From assembly GCA_040437565.1 (NCBI GenBank), contig JBDOQK010000023.1, forward strand, positions 62,001-126,000: a stretch of 64,000 bases of DNA, written 5' to 3'. Below, one piece after another: positions 60,445 to 64,000 of the stretch. The notes under the pieces were generated by a model. It did no database searches, had not been told where the DNA came from, and worked only from the letters and a program-made list of their open reading frames with translations. How positions within the stretch are numbered: the stretch's first letter is position 1; every line of letters starts with the position of its first letter. Source of the DNA: Albugo candida. Lineage: Eukaryota. A program made the translations under genes and the position numbers.

Positions 60445-62707
60445 GTCGGGGATTCAAAGAATTGCGCTGATTGGAGTTACATTGGCGCTGATACGAATGA
60501 GCTTTCGTAAGAATTTGCAATTAGCCATGAAGCAATCATTCTAAAATGAATACTATGCCTAGGATATTTGCCATACTTTCAGTCGAGCTAAGATAACGCG
60601 TCTCCTTCTCTGGTATCCTCGTGTGGGTCTTTTGTTTGTTACGTTGACTCGATAGACATTCCTACAACATTTCTGGCATAGCAATTTTACTCGTGCTCGC
60701 CTGCGTTGAATACGCTACGCCGTTCTTTTAATTCAGTTCACAAGCGCAATTCCTTAAAATGTGAAAGCTTACGGGCATCAAATTGCCCAGAAGTAGCCAG
60801 AAGAAACCGTGAAAAACGTGCGTTCTCATTGATCGCGAGAATAACTTTGACGTAGGTATCCGACCTTGTTCAAGNNNNNNNNNNNNNNNNNNNNNNNNNN
60901 NNNNNNNNNNNNNNNNNNNNNNNNNNNNNNNNNNNNNNNNNNNNNNNNNNNNNNNNNNNNNNNNNNNNNNNNNNGAATAACTTTGACGTAGGTATCCGAC
61001 CTTGTTCAAGACAAGTGTTCATCATGTTCTTCAAACGGACAGAGCAAGTCCACTTTATCTGTCAAAGCGAATGACCGCGTATCTTTTATAATCACACGTG
61101 TCGTCAGGTCCTTTGTCAGCGTATATTCATTCCTACTGTTTCTGGTGTGACTGTTTTTCAATGCGTCTATTATTCTTTCTGGCTGTGCTCAATGTTTGAT
61201 CTCACTCACACGCTCGTCAGACCAAGTGAGTAACACCGTTCAGTTGCCTTGCTTAGTGCGAATATCACAATGTCATCCGGCCAATGCAATCATGCATTTT
61301 CCCGTCGTATTCCTCTGATACCATTTGAATGATCTTGACGTCATGGAACTATACTGCGGCCTGAAATCATGAGTGATAGTCTAGTACACAAGGAATACGC
61401 GGGCATCACTGGTATTGGAGTCATTATCGANNNNNNNNNNNNNNNNNNNNNNNNNNNNNNNNNNNNNNNNNNNNNNNNNNNNNNNNNNNNNNNNNNNNNN
61501 NNNNNNNNNNNNNNNNNNNNNNNNNNNNNNAATGCAATCATGCATTTTCCCGTCGTATTCCTCTGATACCATTTGAATGATCTTGACGTCATGGAACTAT
61601 ACTGCGGCCTGAAATCATGAGTGATAGTCTAGTACACAAGGAATACGCGGGCATCACTGGTATTGGAGTCATTATCGATATTCGGAATGAGCACGCACGA
61701 GACTAGCATTATGTCAAGACGCACTGAATGGCCGCGTTTTTACCTTCTACCCATGAGACGAAATGGTCGCTTTTTCCGCTACAGCAAAGCTCAACCCAAG
61801 CATGCTTCTTGGATCTATGAGAGTATAAAGAGGTCACCCATTTCGAGTTTATTTCTCAAGTAAGCAACGCTAAGGTATACAAATCATCTTGCCTCGGCGT
61901 TCGTCACCACAGATTGGTGTGCAATAGCTCCACACAGGCTCACATCCTTCTCCTCGGTGGCATCATTCTGCGAAGAAAAATTGCTCACTCGTCGATAGTG
62001 AGGCAATTTCAATTCATATATGAGTCGTCTCGGAGCTAATGTACTGAAATATCAAGCGAACAGCTTATCAATTAATGAAGTTCTCGGATAGAGGTGGTAT
62101 CAAGGAAGCAGTATACACATTCAGGAGCATACCATTTGATATCGCTGTTCGACCAGTATCAATTACTGCGGCTCGAATTCAAGCATCACGTCATCACTGA
62201 CTGCATCCTTTGCGGCGAGTTTTGGTCGGCTGATGATCAATGATCACTGCTGTGGACCGTACAAAGTCACATTCAGAGTCATGCTTCATCAGCAATATAC
62301 CCAGAATAGACCTGATGCTTCGCTACATTCAAAACGAATTTTGGAATACGCAAATAGTATNNNNNNNNNNNNNNNNNNNNNNNNNNNNNNNNNNNNNNNN
62401 NNNNNNNNNNNNNNNNNNNNNNNNNNNNNNNNNNNNNNNNNNNNNNNNNNNNNNNNNNNNCCTACCTTACTCGAAGATATCAGATAATAGAAACGATTAA
62501 GTGGGATAGCTTCATTCGAAAAAGGTGACTCGCTTTGCGCGCACAGGTGATTGGAGGATCAAATATTTCGACATCAGAAGGAACAGGTTATTTTCTAGAA
62601 TTTGCAATGGGCAGATCGCAAAATGAATGGCTCTGAATATCGATCCGTGTGTCAGATTATATCTCATTTTCTAATTCGACTGAAAGAGCTCTAACAAGAA
62701 CAATTCG

Positions 62708-63211
62708 ATGAGAACAAGTCAACGTGTATGGTTTATTGCGATTATGCATTTGATCGTATGGTTTCGGTTTGATCATCTTTTCGTGGAGTGTGGCGAAGAC
62801 GAAGAAGAAAAAGAACTACGCACGTACTGCATTACAGTAATTACGCCCGATGAAGAGATTAAGAGGTACGGTGAGCTTCTAAAGAAACAAAACCCCTCGC
62901 CAGAGCAGACAAAGTCGAAAATTTTGCACCTTTATCGTCAAAATTGCCTTCATTTATTTTTCAATGCACATTTAATGCCGTACTGCCTAACTGACACCGT
63001 CCACTTCTTGAAGGTTTCTGCAACTCACACAGGTCCTCAACTCCAACTCGACAAACACCCCAACATTGAAAATTGCAAAGAAATATCTATTGAAGATAAT
63101 CATTGTGAAGACCATGTTCCGCCTCTTACAAAACGTCCGTCATCGAGGGTTTCGGAAATGGTAGGTGATTACGAGAAGGAGATTGAAACTCGCCGTGAAA
63201 GACTCTATTAA
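62708..63211 (+). CDS. Small secreted Cys-containing effector candidate, paralogue B
   Basis: Intronless 167-aa ORF; N-terminal 28 aa differ from paralogue A at one position; mature region strongly divergent. Confidence 0.7.
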   Translation: MRTSQRVWFIAIMHLIVWFRFDHLFVECGEDEEEKELRTYCITVITPDEEIKRYGELLKKQNPSPEQTKSKILHLYRQNCLHLFFNAHLMPYCLTDTVHFLKVSATHTGPQLQLDKHPNIENCKEISIEDNHCEDHVPPLTKRPSSRVSEMVGDYEKEIETRRERLY

Positions 63212-64000
63212 GCAAGGAAGCATACATTTAACAGTAAATACTATGCGTGCGTTATTTGCCGCACTTTCAGTCGAGCTAAGACAACACATGTCCTTCTCTG
63301 GTATTCTCATGTGGAGCTTTTGCTTGCAAAAGTTCACTCGATAGACACTCCTACAAAATCTCCGGTATAGCAATTTCGATCGTGTTCGCCTGCGTTGAAT
63401 ACGCTACACCGTGCTTTTACCTCAACTCACAAGCGCTTTTTGTTGACATGAGAAAGCGTACGGGCATCAAAGTGCCCAGAAGTAGCCAGAAGAAACTGTG
63501 AAAAACGTGCGTTCTCATTGACCACGAGAATAACTTTGACGTAGGTATCCGACCTTGTTCAAGACAAGTGTTCATCATGTTCTTTAAACGGACAGAGCAA
63601 GTCCACTTTATCTGTCAAAGCGAATGACCGCGTATCTTTTATAATTACACGTGTCGTCAGGTCCTTTGTCAGCGTATATTCATTCCTACTGTTTCTGGTG
63701 TGACTGTTTATCAATGCGTCTATTATTCTTTTTGGCTGTGCTCAATGTTTGATCTCACTCACACGCTCGTCANNNNNNNNNNNNNNNNNNNNNNNNNNNN
63801 NNNNNNNNNNNNNNNNNNNNNNNNNNNNNNNNNNNNNNNNNNNNNNNNNNNNNNNNNNNNNNNNNNNNNNNNTGGCTGTGCTCAATGTTTGATCTCACTC
63901 ACACGCTCGTCAGACCAAGTGAGTAACACCGTTCAGTTGCCTTGCTTAGTGCGAATATCACAATGTCATCCGGCCAATGCAATCATGCATTTTACCGTCG

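Larger units (their letters stand above)
59713..64000 (+). repeat. Diverged tandem segmental duplication (~59713-61307 vs 62461-64000+), each unit carrying a secreted-protein gene
   Basis: Shared cctaccttactcgaa...gataatag start, shared promoter and signal peptide, and shared downstream flank with substitutions, so not an exact gap artefact. Confidence 0.85.

Noticed and set aside
59971-63211. Assignment of the secreted paralogues to RXLR, Crinkler or CHXC classes
   Set aside because: No RXLR-EER, LFLAK or CHXC motif after the signal peptide
1-64000. CRISPR arrays, tRNA/rRNA genes, operons or bacterial contamination
   Set aside because: No regularly spaced repeats or cloverleaf/rRNA signatures seen; the bacterial-type genes (EctC-like, MHYT, Glk, cutinase) carry spliceosomal introns and sit among eukaryotic genes

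Overview
Eukaryotic genomic DNA from a draft assembly. It is most likely an oomycete, probably Albugo-like: short ~45-60 nt GT-AG introns, very short intergenic spacers, oomycete INR/FPR-type promoters, a cutinase, a bacterial-type glucokinase and a retained flagellar gene. A gene-dense core (~13-58 kb, about 27 genes) lies between two gene-sparse flanks. The left flank holds a decayed secreted-protein gene; the right holds a tandem pair of fast-diverging secreted effector candidates. Most 100-N gaps are flanked by exact direct duplications, which are assembly artefacts. The most striking item is missed by the ORF track: a three-exon ectoine synthase (EctC)-like cupin gene (19405-20136) with a mitochondrial-type presequence and apparently substituted metal ligands. 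It sits head-to-head with a myristoylation-motif hydrolase and close to a stand-alone MHYT sensor. Other unusual architectures are a single polypeptide with two TEY MAPK domains plus WW domains, a MYCBPAP/pseudo-phosphoglycerate-kinase fusion, a PIMT with a Sld2/RECQL4-N-like tail, and an atypical fused LeuC/LeuD aconitase-family enzyme. All calls rest on by-eye motif recognition and manual splicing; no database searches were run.
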